Assembly: GCA_964187785.1 (NCBI GenBank)
Contig: OZ076409.1
Span: forward strand, 22,384,001 to 22,448,000
DNA from: Amphiscolops sp. MND2022
Taxonomy: Eukaryota
Length of the DNA stretch: 64,000 nt
Reading direction: 5' to 3'
Position 1 is the first letter of the stretch; each line of letters starts with the position of its first letter. This document shows positions 26,798 to 38,559 of this stretch, piece after piece. The notes beneath the pieces were generated by a model that was not told the DNA's origin, did no database searches, and worked only from the letters and a program-made list of their open reading frames with translations. Position numbers and translations under genes: made by a program.

Positions 26798-26907
26798 GTA
26801 GGGTTCTTTGAGAGGTAAGTTTATTTTATCATCACACCGGTTAATAAAGACTATGATGTACAATGTATAATAACAGATTACATATACGATCACAATTACA
26901 ATAGTAA

Positions 26908-29900
26908 CTAAGCTTTTAGCACTATGCTAATTAAGTTTGTTTTTTGTTTGTTTTCAGTTTGCTCATTTATCCAATTTTGGATTTCTTCTGGGGTCATTTC
27001 CAAGAAGTTTGGGATGGCTTCCAGTTCGCGGCGAAGATCTTCTTCGGTTTTTGTTTCGCTTTTTTCTGTGAGGCTTCTCTCTTTCTCGTCTTCCTCCAAC
27101 TTTTGAATCATTACGTTTTGCCCATACCAGTTGGGTTTTTTCTCGATTCTTTGGCTAAGTCTTGCGGGTGTTTGTTCAGTTTTGGATGTTGTTGGTTAAT
27201 CTTGTCTTGTAGTTTTTTCTTCTTTCTCTATTTGTATTTCTTCGTGTTGTTTTTATGGCTCTTCTTCGTCCGACGATTGGTCGAAGAGATTCATTTCTTC
27301 AGGTTTTGTTTCGGGGGGACCTGGAGGTGATTTTCGGGGTTTTATTTGTTTTCGTGGAGATCGTTTTGGTTTGGGGATGTCTTTTCGTTTGTAGTCAATT
27401 TTCTCGGTAAGTTCTTGTTCTTGTTTTGTTTCTCTTTTGTTTTGTCTTTTTGCTGCTTCTTTCAGTGCTGCAATTTTTCTTTCTAGGGAGTGGCTGTTTC
27501 CTTGTTGTTGTTTTGCTAGTGGGCTATGCGATGCGCTTTTTGGTTTTTTCAATTTTGCTACATCTCGTTTGGAGTTGACTTGTCGTCCTCTCGGTGTGTC
27601 CATTGTATTAGTGTGTTCAGATTCTGTTACTATCTGGCCTTTCTTTTTTGCGAACTGTCCTTCTAGTTTGGTATTCCTTGTTTTGTTTCGCATGAGGATT
27701 GTGGAATCATCATCTTTCGGAAAGTCTTCTGGGGACAGTTGGAGAGTGTTGTCATTTTCTAAACAAGATTTGGGTTTTTCTATTAATAGATTCTTTATGG
27801 TGTTGGGTTTTTGTCCGAACACCTTATCAAATGGGCTGCTGTTATTGGTCGCGGCGGTTGTGCGGAGAGCGAATAGGAGGCGTGTAATTTCAGAGTGCCC
27901 TTTTTCGGTTAAATTTGATTTTTCCGCTCGGATGCGTTCTTTTATTGTGCGGATAATTCGTTCGATTTTGGCGTTTCTGCGGTGGTCGCGGATTTGGCAT
28001 TCAATATGTTTTATGAAAACGTTTTTGCAGAATTGTTTAAAATTTTCACTGCGAAATATTGTAGCTGGGTCAGTTCTAATTCTTTTTGGTACACCGTATT
28101 GTGCGATATATTCGTTTAAGAATGTAGTTACTTTTTCGGCTGTGGGTCTGCTGGTAAATTTTGCGCTTGGCCAATTGGTTTTATGATCTATTGCGACTAG
28201 TAAAAATTGTTTATTTTTCGATGCTGATTTAGATGGTCCTGCGAAATCTAACGCTAATTCATCGTTAATTTTTTCCGCCTCGGAGAGTTTTCCGTAATTT
28301 GATTGTGGTAATAACATTTTTAAGTTTTTACCTGATTGTTGGCAATGGTTGCATGTCTGTGTCAAGAGGACGATTTCGCGGTGGATTTGTGGCCACCAAA
28401 TGTCTGCTACTGCTTGCAGCATGACGTCTCGTCCTGGATGGCCCCAATGCAGGCTTCGGAATATGGGTCGTCTCAGTTCTTCTGGGATTACTAAGCGTTC
28501 GTCCACGTAGATGAAGTCATTCTCGTCGAGGCTGAACTCTTTGAATCTGTTTTGCCACACTTTTGGTAATTTTTTGAATTTCTTTTTGTCGAATTGTTTT
28601 AGCAATTGTATGACTGTCTGTAGTGTTTGGTCTGACTCGTAGGTCCCAGCGAGGATATTCTCTCCAATCCTTTGGATACTGGATTTCAGCGGGATTTTTG
28701 AACTTTTGTCCACTAGTGCTAGTGTAAAAGGACGTTTTACTGGTGGTTTTATTTCTAGTTCGTGTAGTTGTTTTTGTTCGTCGTTCTCGCTCATTGTGCC
28801 GGCTGTATTGTTTGATATATCTGTGAGAGTTCTTTATTGTTTGCTTTAGCGTCGCCGTGGCGTCGTTGTTTGCGCTTTCACCTTTCTGTTCCGCTGTGTT
28901 GCTCTCGATTTTGATTGGCTGTTGCTCGCCGCGAATTGCGTTTTGATTTGTCAGGAATTTGTTCTTCATTTCTGAAACAATGTTAACGGTAAACCACTCA
29001 TCCCATAGTGTTTTAGCTTTTACTGTACTTACGTTTTGTTCTGTTGGGCTTCTTGACAAATAATCTATTCCTAAGTTTCTTCCTGGACCGTGTATAACCT
29101 CATAATCGAAGGGTAAAAGTCGGTCAACTCATCTTGTGAGTCTGCTGAAATATGTTTTATTTCTTTTGTGTCCTTTGAGGACAGTTGCGAGTGCTTTAAG
29201 ATCTGATTTTATTTCAAATTTTACTCCGTAAACGTAGTTACGGAAGTATTCTACGGACCACACGATGGCGAGTAACTCAAGTTCATTAATAGAGTATTTT
29301 GCTTCGAGTTCTGTTAAGAATTTCCCATTCACCATTTTCTTCTTGTTGTAGAACTGCCCCTAGGCCAGATTTACTGGCATCGCAGATTATTCTAAGTGGA
29401 CAGTCCCTTTTAAAATGGTTTAATTCTGTTCCTTTTTTGATTTCGTTATTTACTTGTTCAAACGCTTTTTCTTGTTCGTTTTTCCATTCCAAATTTGTAT
29501 CCTTCTTTAAAAGTGTTCTAAAAGGAAAACAGATTGTTGCCAAGTTGGGAAAGAATTTGTTGAATTGGTTAACTGCTCCTAAGTATGATCTCAATTGTTT
29601 TAAGTTAGTTGGTTTTAACCTTCCTGAAATTCCTTGTACTTTAGTGTTTACCGGTGCGACGCCATGTTGTGACAGTTTATATCCAACCCATTCGACGTTG
29701 TCCGCCGCGAAGGTGCATTTGTCTAGCTTCACGTTCATATTCGCTTCGTCTAATCTTCTGAGTACTTCAATTACTTTTTTGATATGTTCCTCTTCAGTTC
29801 AATGTGTGACAATAAGAATGTCGTCAATGAATGCGAATGTATTTGAAATACCTGTGAGTGTTAGGTCCATTATTCTTTGGAACTCTGTTGGCATGGTCGT

Positions 29901-30756
29901 TAGTCCATAGAATCCAGTATCGAATCTATATACTACTGTCGCTTCGCCGCCAACTACTTGGAAGTTACAGTGTTTTACATTACATTGGAAGTTACAGTGA
30001 TGTTAGATCCAGTGTTGTGAAGAATGTCTTTCCTGTTTTGTCTCCTGCCCACTTGTTCCGCTATCATATCCATGAGGTTCTCCAGGTTTGGCATTGGGTA
30101 TTTATCCTCTACAACGTTTTTATTTAGCTCTCGTGCGTCCAGTGTGATTTTTACTCTGCGGTCCTTTTTGACTGTGATCACTGTTGGTTGTAGAAATACG
30201 TCTTCCTTTATCTCCCCCACTTTTACTATGTGGCCTTCTTGGAGTAGCCTTTTGATTTCCTTCTTGACTGCTTCTTGTAGCTGGATGGGCACTCTGCGTC
30301 CTTTTTGTTGTTTTATCACTGCACCTTCGTGCAATCGTGCATGGATTTTATGGTGTTTTATCCTTCCATTCCTTGCAAACAAGTCAGGGCATTTCTTTTT
30401 CATTTCCATGTTCCACTTTTTTATTGGTTTTTGTGTTTCGTTTTCATGGTTTTTATGGAGTTATTCAACTTACCTTTTGTTTTTGGTTCAAAGGCGTATT
30501 GTTAATAGTTCAGCCTGTCTCGTCCCACAATGGACTTTGCTCCTGGACGTGCTACTAGAATTCTCGCTTTTCTGATGTATTTGCCGCCTACTTGTAGCTC
30601 GCAGAAAATGTATCCCAGTAAGTTGACTGGTTGCTTGTTGTAGTCGACGTACTTTCCGTCTTTTGGGAGTGGTCTGACGAATAACACCTCGTATTGCAGA
30701 ATTCTTTGTAATTCGTCGCGGCTAATGATAGTTACTGGGGACCCCGAATCTATCAT
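26908..30756 (-). pseudogene. pol: Element D pol (PR, RT, RNase H, IN with Lys-rich tail)
   Basis: IDSGSPVTII; KYPMPNLE and FIDD; ICDASKSGLGAVL and YSINELELLAI; LHWGHPG...CNHC, LDFAGP, RTDP, KIER. Confidence 0.92.
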
Positions 30757-31700
30757 TGAACAGAATTTTTGCGATTTATTCTTCCTTTCATCATGAACGG
30801 AGGTGATCCGCTTCCGTCAATTCCCAGCACATATTGTTCGTCACTGCTGTCATCGTCATCTGATTGTTTTTGTTCTTCTTCTGCTACTAAGATTACGTTT
30901 CGCGGCGGTTGTTTTTGTTGTCCTTGTTTGTGGACTCGTTTACAGACCCTTCCGAAATGGGCTGTCATTCCGCACTTGTTACCTTGTTTTCCCTTTGCGC
31001 GACACACCTTCAAGTGTTCCATTGTAAAGTTCTCCATTCCGCAGCGGAGGCAATCTTTCCTTTTTATTACGTTGCATACTGGTTCTGTCTTTATTTCAAT
31101 CTTGGACTCACCATACGATTTTTGCCGTAGGGAGCCTTCTTCAAATGCGATGGCAAATTCTAGGGCTTCTCTTGGTGTGGCCTTTGGTTCAGTGCAGAGC
31201 TTCTGTTGGACTGCTAGATTCTTCATGTTTAGTATAAAAATATCATGCACTAAACTTTCAGTTTGCCCACCGAAGTTGCACTCTGCTGCCATCCCGTTCA
31301 ATGAGTGCCAGAATTGTTCGAGGGATTCAGCTGGCACTTGTTTTCTGGACAAGAATGGGAATCTATCCAATGTGCGGTTTTTCATTATATCGAAGGTTTC
31401 TTTACATTTTTGTACAATTCTCTTAATGAGATTTCTGCAATTTTCGCGGCGGGGTATTTATCCATGAAAGTTTTTCTTGCTGCATAACCCAGTGATAAAT
31501 AAAGAACGCTAACGCACTTCCTCTCTGCTACTGAGAGATCCAAGTTATTCAAGAGGGCCTTGTTTCTTTCTTGTTCATTTGTGACAACTCTCAAGACTTC
31601 TGAGATTGCAATTGAAAATTTTGCTGTCATTGCAACTGCGAAGAGGTCGCTCTAATTTCGCCACTCAATATTTGGCTTTTTCTGTGGGTCGTGACAGTAT
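30753..31700 (-). pseudogene. gag: Element D gag; right boundary approximate
   Basis: LNGMAAECNFG...DIFILNM; CLRCG...H...C and (G)NKCGMTAHFGRVC knuckles as in Mag-clade gag. Confidence 0.85.
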
Positions 31701-31759
31701 TGGGATAGACCCGCAACTGCAGAACTTTCATCTTTTGAAGTGCTTTCTTGCGATTGATT

Positions 31760-31773
31760 TGCTTGCAGCGCCT
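31760..31773 (-). promoter_or_regulatory. Degenerate PBS of element D (possibly tRNA-Ser-like)
   Basis: Minus strand ACA|AGGCGCTGCAAGCA directly after the 5' LTR; the expected TGG reads AGG. Confidence 0.45.
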
Positions 31774-31965
31774 TGTTATAGCAAAACTGCGAAGTAACGA
31801 ATGTTTAATTCAAGATCAACTGTAATGTACAAAGGCATCTTGCTGCAATGATTTTGCCGTATATCGTTTCGACGACAGTTTTGGCAGGTACATAAATGAT
31901 GTTTACAGTGAATGAATTAATTGAATGTTAGCATCAAATGTTTTGACCTTTAGACCTCTACCACA
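31774..31965 (-). repeat. 5' LTR of element D (192 bp)
   Basis: Near-identical to 26593-26786 except a few SNPs and the terminal ~12 bp. Confidence 0.9.
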
Positions 31966-33082
31966 CAAGTTCATCTTGTGACGTTTACCTTTAATTTTAA
32001 ATGTGTTTTTTTTAATTAAATTTGCTTTCTAGTGGCAACAATTAATTTCCCACTATTTTACCCAAAGTTGGACCCGTTTTGAAATTGTTTTGTATAGGCC
32101 GGCTCGTTTCTCGCGGCTACAATTTTGTCATATCTCTCCTTATTTGAGAGGTCAATGTTCTAAAAGTATGAAGTAAGCATTAAAGAACGTTTTTGGACCT
32201 TTTTTGACAAAAAGTTGGAACTTTTCTTGTTTTTACTTAGAGTCCATGCTTTTTCAGTTTTAAAAATTGAACCTTGGGGGAACAATGTTGTGGAATTGGA
32301 GAAACAAACATCAGCTGACGCAAATTTTCTCACGGAGTTCAAAACTCCTTAAACACGCGAGCCTGAAAACAATCTAGCTAAAAACAACTCCAATAGGAAG
32401 ACATTAAGTTTCCAGTTCTCGCGATTATGTTGACTGCGAAAACTGCGGAGTAACGAATGTTTAATTCAAGATCAACTGTAATGTATAAAGGCAACTTGCT
32501 GCAATGGTTTTGCCGTATGTCGTTTCGACGACAGTTTTGGCAGGTACATAAATGATGTTTACAGTGAATGAATTAATTGAATGTTAGCATCAAATGTTTT
32601 GACCTTTAGACCTCTACCACACAAGTTCATCTTGTGACGTTTACCTTTAATTTGAAATGTGTTTTTTAAAATTAAATTTGCTTTCTAGTGGCAACAATTA
32701 ATTTCCCACTATTTTACCCAAAGTTGGACCCGTTTTGAAATTGTTTTGTATAGGCCGGCTCGTTTCTCGCGGCTACAATTTTGTCATATCTCTCCTTATT
32801 TGAGAGGTCAATGTTCTAAAAGTATGAAGTAAGCATTAAAGAACGTTTTTGGACCTTTTTTGACAAAAAGTTGGAACTTTTCTTGTTTTTACTTAGAGTC
32901 CATGCTTTTTCAGTTTTAAAAATTGAACCTTGGGGGAACAATGTTGTGGAATTGGAGAAACAAACATCAGCTGACGCAAATTTTCTCACGGAGTTCAAAA
33001 CTCCTTAAACACGCGAGCCTGAAAACAATCTAGCTAAAAATAACTCCAATAGGAAGACATTAAGTTTCCAGTTTCTCGCGAT
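31966..33082. repeat. Flank repeat X copies 2 and 3 separated by a solo LTR of element D (32428-32621); 656-bp period
   Basis: Identical ORF-track peptides at 32160 and 32816; the solo LTR carries the variants of the 26593 LTR. Confidence 0.92.
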
Positions 33083-34780
33083 CATCTGATAACTAATTTT
33101 TTGACACGCTTTAATTTGGGGTATATTGTTCTTTGGAGGTCCTGGATTTTATCTGTTTGAGTTTTACTCACAGTGATCTTCATGTCAAAAGATCAATCAA
33201 AAATGACATAAGTTATACTCAGAATTCCTTGATAATGATAGCTACTGATAATGATGTTACAATTGTTTGAGTTTTTCATTATTATTTGCAAGATCTTTGC
33301 TTGAAGTGTCGTTTCATATCGACTCAGGTCAAAACTTCATGTAAATGTTTGAACTTCTCTCGTTTGTAAAGGTCAAGAGACTTGTGTACATTTTAGTACT
33401 ATTTAACAGCACTATCTAATACAAAACGCCGCAGCAGTGGAGATGTTTTATTTGATAGCTTTGTGACTTTTTAAAGTTCAACAACTTTAGCAAGCTCAGC
33501 AAGTTCAACAAGAAAGCAAGCAAATCCGATCGGTGGTTGTTCAGAGATGATAGCTTATATATTTGTTTCAATTTCGTAACAACCAGGCAGAGAAGAACAA
33601 TCAGTTTCAATTAAGGTTAGTTTTCACTGACGCCGTAAACCTCGCAGTTTAGCTATAAAATTGTAAAAACTAATGGTTTGATGGTGTTTTTCATTCTAAA
33701 AACATTGAGTAGTCGCGGTAACAGAAGTTGGATGTTTCGAATATTCAACACGATGTAAACATTCATTTTATGTGTCTCGAAAATGCAAAATTGTTTACGA
33801 TCGGCACCCCTCGAGTTTCGAAACGCTCAAAATTCTTTAAAAAGATTAATTGCCCGCAGAATTTGGAACACTTCAATCATGGCAAAGAGCACCTGTAAGT
33901 TTGATATTTTTCTCAACGAAAAATCGCATGGTGTCTGAATACTATAAAACAGAGTACGTTATGATCAGAAAAAATCAGGGTGTATCAAACATTAATAGCC
34001 ATTAATTTCTAGCTTTTTTGGAGAAATTAGTTAGGCTATCATTGCTAAATTCTAAAAATCAATCATTGAAATTTATCCACTATTGGCAAAATGAGTCGCA
34101 TCCAGATTTTAGAAAATTTCAATTGAAATTAGTTTTTTTTGGAATTGAGTAGCTTAAAACTAAAATTTTTGGATTTGTTTTTCTTCGGAGTCTCCCTATA
34201 ATCTCCCGAACCTACTGAATCGTTTTGATCGAGAATTTGTTTCGAATCAGAAAAAAGATGCGCTCTGTTTTGTGTCTATGAGCACTGCAGTACATGCATT
34301 AAGATGGATATACAGAATTTAGAAAATTGACCATTTTATTTTAAATCGAACTAGTTTTTCAATCAAATTACACCCGCATCCTCAACAGATTTGGGGGAAA
34401 TGAATGACCGAGAGTATTTCAAAAATAATTTTCCAACTTTTTGAAAATCAAGAAAAAGTGCAAATTTGATGAAAATTTGTCAAAATTTACAATTTCTAAC
34501 AACTGTATGTCTAGTCGTAGAAAATTTTATAAGAAAACATTTTTGTCAACTAGATAAAATTCTAAAAAACTTTCCTAGCTGAAAATTTTTGTATTTGTGA
34601 CAGTTGTCAAGATTTGCATTTGATTTGAATTTGAATCTTGCAATGTAAAGCAATGGGGTTGGGATATTTTAAAACTCTACTGTAGATGTGTTCCGCTGGC
34701 ATGCAGTCATTTTGCAAAGTATGTATTTCGCAGAAATAGACGCACAGAAAAGAGTCAACAACTAACATGTTTTAAAGTCA

Positions 34781-36511
34781 CCCGTACTGACAACCCATGG
34801 TAACCCACCAGTGGCCATCGGTGGACCACCGGTGGCCACCGGTGGGGGAAAATTAGGATACATGGAGGCTTTCCCATCGGTGGCCACCGGTGGTCCACCG
34901 ATGGACCATCGGTGGAAAATTCGAAAATTTCGAAAATGAAAATTTCGTTCAAAATTTCTAGAAACAGGATTTACTACACGAAATACCTAAACCAGTGGTT
35001 TTTCAGTGATTTTAGATCTCATTCCAGTGTTTTTTCGGTACTTTTAGATCTTTTTCCAGTGGTTATCCAGTGAGTTAAGATCTTATTCCAGTGGTTTTTT
35101 CAGTAGTTTTAGATGTTATTCTGGTGTTTTTTCGGTGATGTTAGATCTTATTCCTGTGGTTTTTTCAGTGATTTTAGATCTTATTCCAGTATTTTTTGGT
35201 AATTTTAGATCTTGTTCCAGTGTTTTTTTTTGTAATTTTAGACTTCAACCAGTAGTTTTTTTAGTGATTTTAGAACTTGTTACAGTGCTTTTTTGGTAAT
35301 TTTAGATCTTATTCCAGTGGTTTTTTATGGTGATTTTATCTTATTCCACTGGTTTTTTATGGTGATTTTAGATCCTATTTTAGTAGTTTTCTCAGCGATT
35401 TCAGATCTTATTCCAGCGTTTTTTTCTGTAATTTTAGACCTAAACCAGTGGTTTTTCAGTGATTTTAGATCTCATTCCAGTGTTTTTTCGGTACTTTTAG
35501 ATCTTTTTCCACTGGTTATCCAGTGAGTTAAGATCTTATTCCAGTGGTTTTTTCAGTAGTTTTAGATGTTATTCTGGTGTTTTTTCGGTGATGTTAGATC
35601 TTATTCCTGTGGTTTTTTCAGTGATTTTAGATCTTATTCCAGTATTTTTTGGTAATTTTAGATCTTGTTCCAGTGTTTTTTTTGTAATTTTAGACTTCAA
35701 CCAGTAGTTTTTTTAGTGATTTTAGAACTTGTTACAGTGGTTTTTTGGTAATTTTAGATCTTATTCCAGTGGTTTTTTATGGTGATTTTATCTTATTCCA
35801 CTGGTTTTTTATGGTGATTTTAGATCCTATTTTAGTAGTTTTCTCAGCGATTTCAGATCTTATTCCAGCGTTTTTTTTCTGTAATTTTAGACCTAAACCA
35901 GTGGTTTTTCAGTGATTTTAGATCTCATTCCAGTGTTTTTTCGGTACTTTTAGATCTTTTTCCACTGGTTATCCAGTGAGTTAAGATCTTATTCCAGTGG
36001 TTTTTTCAGTAGTTTTAGATGTTATTCTGGTGTTTTTTCGGTGATGTTAGATCTTATTCCTGTGGTTTTTTCAGTGATTTTAGATCTTATTCCAGTATTT
36101 TTTGGTAATTTTAGATCTTGTTCCAGTGTTTTTTTTGTAATTTTAGACTTAAACCAGTAGTTTTTTTAGTGATTTTAGAACTTGTTACAGTGGTTTTTTA
36201 TGGTGATTTTATCTTATTCCACTGGTTTTTATGGTGATTTCAGATCCTATTTTAGTAGTTTTCTCAGCGATTTCAGATCTTATTCCAGCGTTTTTTGGTA
36301 ATTTTTGATCTTATTCCAGTGGTTTTCCCAGTAATTTGAAATCTTTTCCGATTTGTTTTAGTTATTTTAGATTTCGACAGTTTTAAAAGGATACCACAAA
36401 ACTTATTCGTGTGGGTTTTTTCACTAATGACCCATTTGTGGTGGCCACCGGTGGGGCTGCGATGGGAAATGCGGTGGCCACCGGTGGGTTACCATGGGTT
36501 GTCAGTACGGG
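34781..36511. mobile_element. Non-autonomous TIR DNA transposon, probably CMC/EnSpm-type
   Basis: 29-bp perfect TIR CCCGTACTGACAACCCATGGTAACCCACC; CA dinucleotide on both flanks (2-bp TSD); repeated palindromic subterminal CCACCGGTGG motifs; no transposase. Confidence 0.8.
34986..36375. repeat. ~32-bp minisatellite arranged as three 453-bp, 14-unit higher-order repeats
   Basis: Unit ~TTTTAGATCTTATTCCAGTGGTTTTTTCAGTGA; variant cctaaaccagtgg recurs at 34986, 35439 and 35892. Confidence 0.92.
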
Positions 36512-37811
36512 CAAACCAATGGTAATTTCAACAACCAATTATTTCAATAATGGATTGTTTCGAAATCCCTTTTTTAGCTTTAAATTCAATTAATCGCATG
36601 TGCCATTTATGTTTGACAAAGCTTGGAAGCAATAAATCTAATACTTTATTTAAAAAACAACACAATTTCCACTCAAAAACAATATAAACAATACCTTTAC
36701 CCAGTTCAATAATAGCTTATAACCAAAAATGTTATAAGTGAAGTTAGAGTCGAAGAGACAAAAAAATATCGTATTATAAACTCACTATCTGCTAGTTTAT
36801 TCAAACAGAAGAGACAAAAACAAAGAAACAGTTTTCGAACGACTTAACGACAAACTTTGTCCAGACCAACGAATTTTTTTTACTTTCAAAAGTAGCGTGC
36901 AAATGAAACAGCAGGTTTTCATACGTCTATTTCAACTGAAACAAAAAGGAAAAGATAAGTTTCAGTTCGTTCGGTGGAATTTATGAAATGCAAGCAACAA
37001 CGAACACGAATACGCTCTACCCTGCTGAGACGCATTTGAAGTTCAATGCAGAGCCAAAAAAGGCACATGTTGAAGAATTGCCAGTTACGGAGCAGTTCAA
37101 AATTTGTAGCAAATGGAATGCCTCAAAAAAGTCACATCTATGGCCGCTCCGAAACAAAGCCGTTGAATGACATTCGTAGGGTGTTGAATAGCTATCTGCA
37201 ACACCAAATTACTGAAAAAAAAATAAATTCGTTGATCATCCAGATGAATGGACAAATATCAGAGAATTTCTCGCACTTCTGGAGCACGCCGTGCGATATT
37301 CTGAGTTCCTTAACTTGAAAAGCATTTCTGATCCGCAGGAAGTTTACATGATACAGTTCAGTTTCATTGCTGAATTACTCCGAACACACAGTGAAAAAAT
37401 GGAACAACTTCAGCAAAATGAAGTGAAGGAGCCAAAATCAAGAGAAACGTTGGTGGTATTTCGGACTACTCATGATCTTATGGGCATAGGCTCTATATAC
37501 AACAAATGCAAAGGCACACGCAAGCTTTATAGTGCCAAGAGACCCAAAACAAGACATTCTAAATTCGCAGAAACCTAGCCAACAACTATATTAAAACTGG
37601 AAGAGGTACTGTTTTACCGAATGTCGATTTTACCCTGCAAAAAGCCCTGCAATGCCGGCGAACTATAGTTCCTTTCCACAACCATCCAAAAAACCATAAG
37701 CTCATCGATCCAACAAGACCGGAAATTCCCAAACATGCCTCCTTTAAGATCTAAAGAACTGTGTTTCTTAACAGGAAATCTACAGCAACAGATTATTGAG
37801 TGAAGAAAAAC

Positions 37812-38526
37812 TGTAACGGCAACTGCCCATATCGAAATTTTCGATGCAAAAATTCGTTCAAGATCTGAAGTGGCACCTAAACATGGTAAAGGTGAAAGAC
37901 CTGCCAGAAATCGTACTACAACAAGCAGAGGTCGCCGCCCGCGGAGAACGAGCGCAAGAGACGACTAAAAAGACGTCTATCCCTTCTGTAGAACACGGTA
38001 TTGTGCCCATCCCTGGGAGATTAACACTACTTTAGCAGCAGAAACCAGTGTTCCCGATGCTTGCCTGAGAATCCCTGCGGTGTCCTGTGTGGTGACTAGC
38101 GCTAGCGCTGGGAAGCCGAGGTCAATTTCCATCAAATGACTCAAACTTTTGATTTTATTGTGCTTTTCCTTGCAGTAAATTGATATGCTCGAGAGCTGTC
38201 CCTTAACATCTGTATTTACCCAATTTGGCGATGTCGATTTTATCAGATTCTCCAATACTATGGCTCAACCTTCGCTAGTTTTCAGCCCCCTTTTTCAAAG
38301 GCTAGTCGAGCAGTGGTCTTGGGTCATGCAAGATGCCTGTTGCTTTTAGCAATTACAGACTAGCACCAGGCCAGAGAGTTTCTTACAAGACGGTTCCCCA
38401 CCTTGGGACTGGCTCCTTTGGAGGGAAAATGAGCTAGGGCCGCGGAGATCTAGGTCCCGGATCCTATTCGCTGCTCTGGTTCCTCCATTCTACGTTGCGG
38501 TTCAAGCGCCAGCGCTTATCGTTACA
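37812..38526 (+). repeat. 5' LTR of element B (715 bp)
   Basis: TGTAACG...CGTTACA; start resembles the element A LTR start; 37871-38526 matches 54034-54690 with about 8 differences by eye. Confidence 0.88.
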
Positions 38527-38541
38527 AAGAATCTCATTTTT

Positions 38542-38559
38542 TGGCGACCACAGAGGGAT
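38542..38559 (+). promoter_or_regulatory. Primer-binding site of element B (tRNA-Arg(UCG)-like)
   Basis: TGGCGACCACAGAGGGAT resembles the complement of the animal tRNA-Arg(TCG) 3' end. Confidence 0.75.

Larger units (their letters stand above)
26593..31965 (-). mobile_element. Element D: compact Mag-like Ty3/Gypsy LTR retrotransposon with short LTRs
   Basis: ~194-bp LTRs at both ends; PPT; gag with two Cys/His knuckles followed by PR-RT-RH-IN. Confidence 0.92.

Noticed and set aside
27437..31467. Long + strand ORFs (249, 203, 183 and 232 aa)
   Set aside because: Antisense shadows of the A-rich element D gag-pol
34986..36375. CRISPR-like array
   Set aside because: Head-to-tail monomers without unique spacers, no cas genes, eukaryotic context
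36900..37811. Short ORFs as a transposase remnant
   Set aside because: No recognisable motif
37844..38255. Duplicated small ORFs (also 53758-54418)
   Set aside because: They are LTR sequence; the read-through of 53758-54198 is explained by the deletion junction
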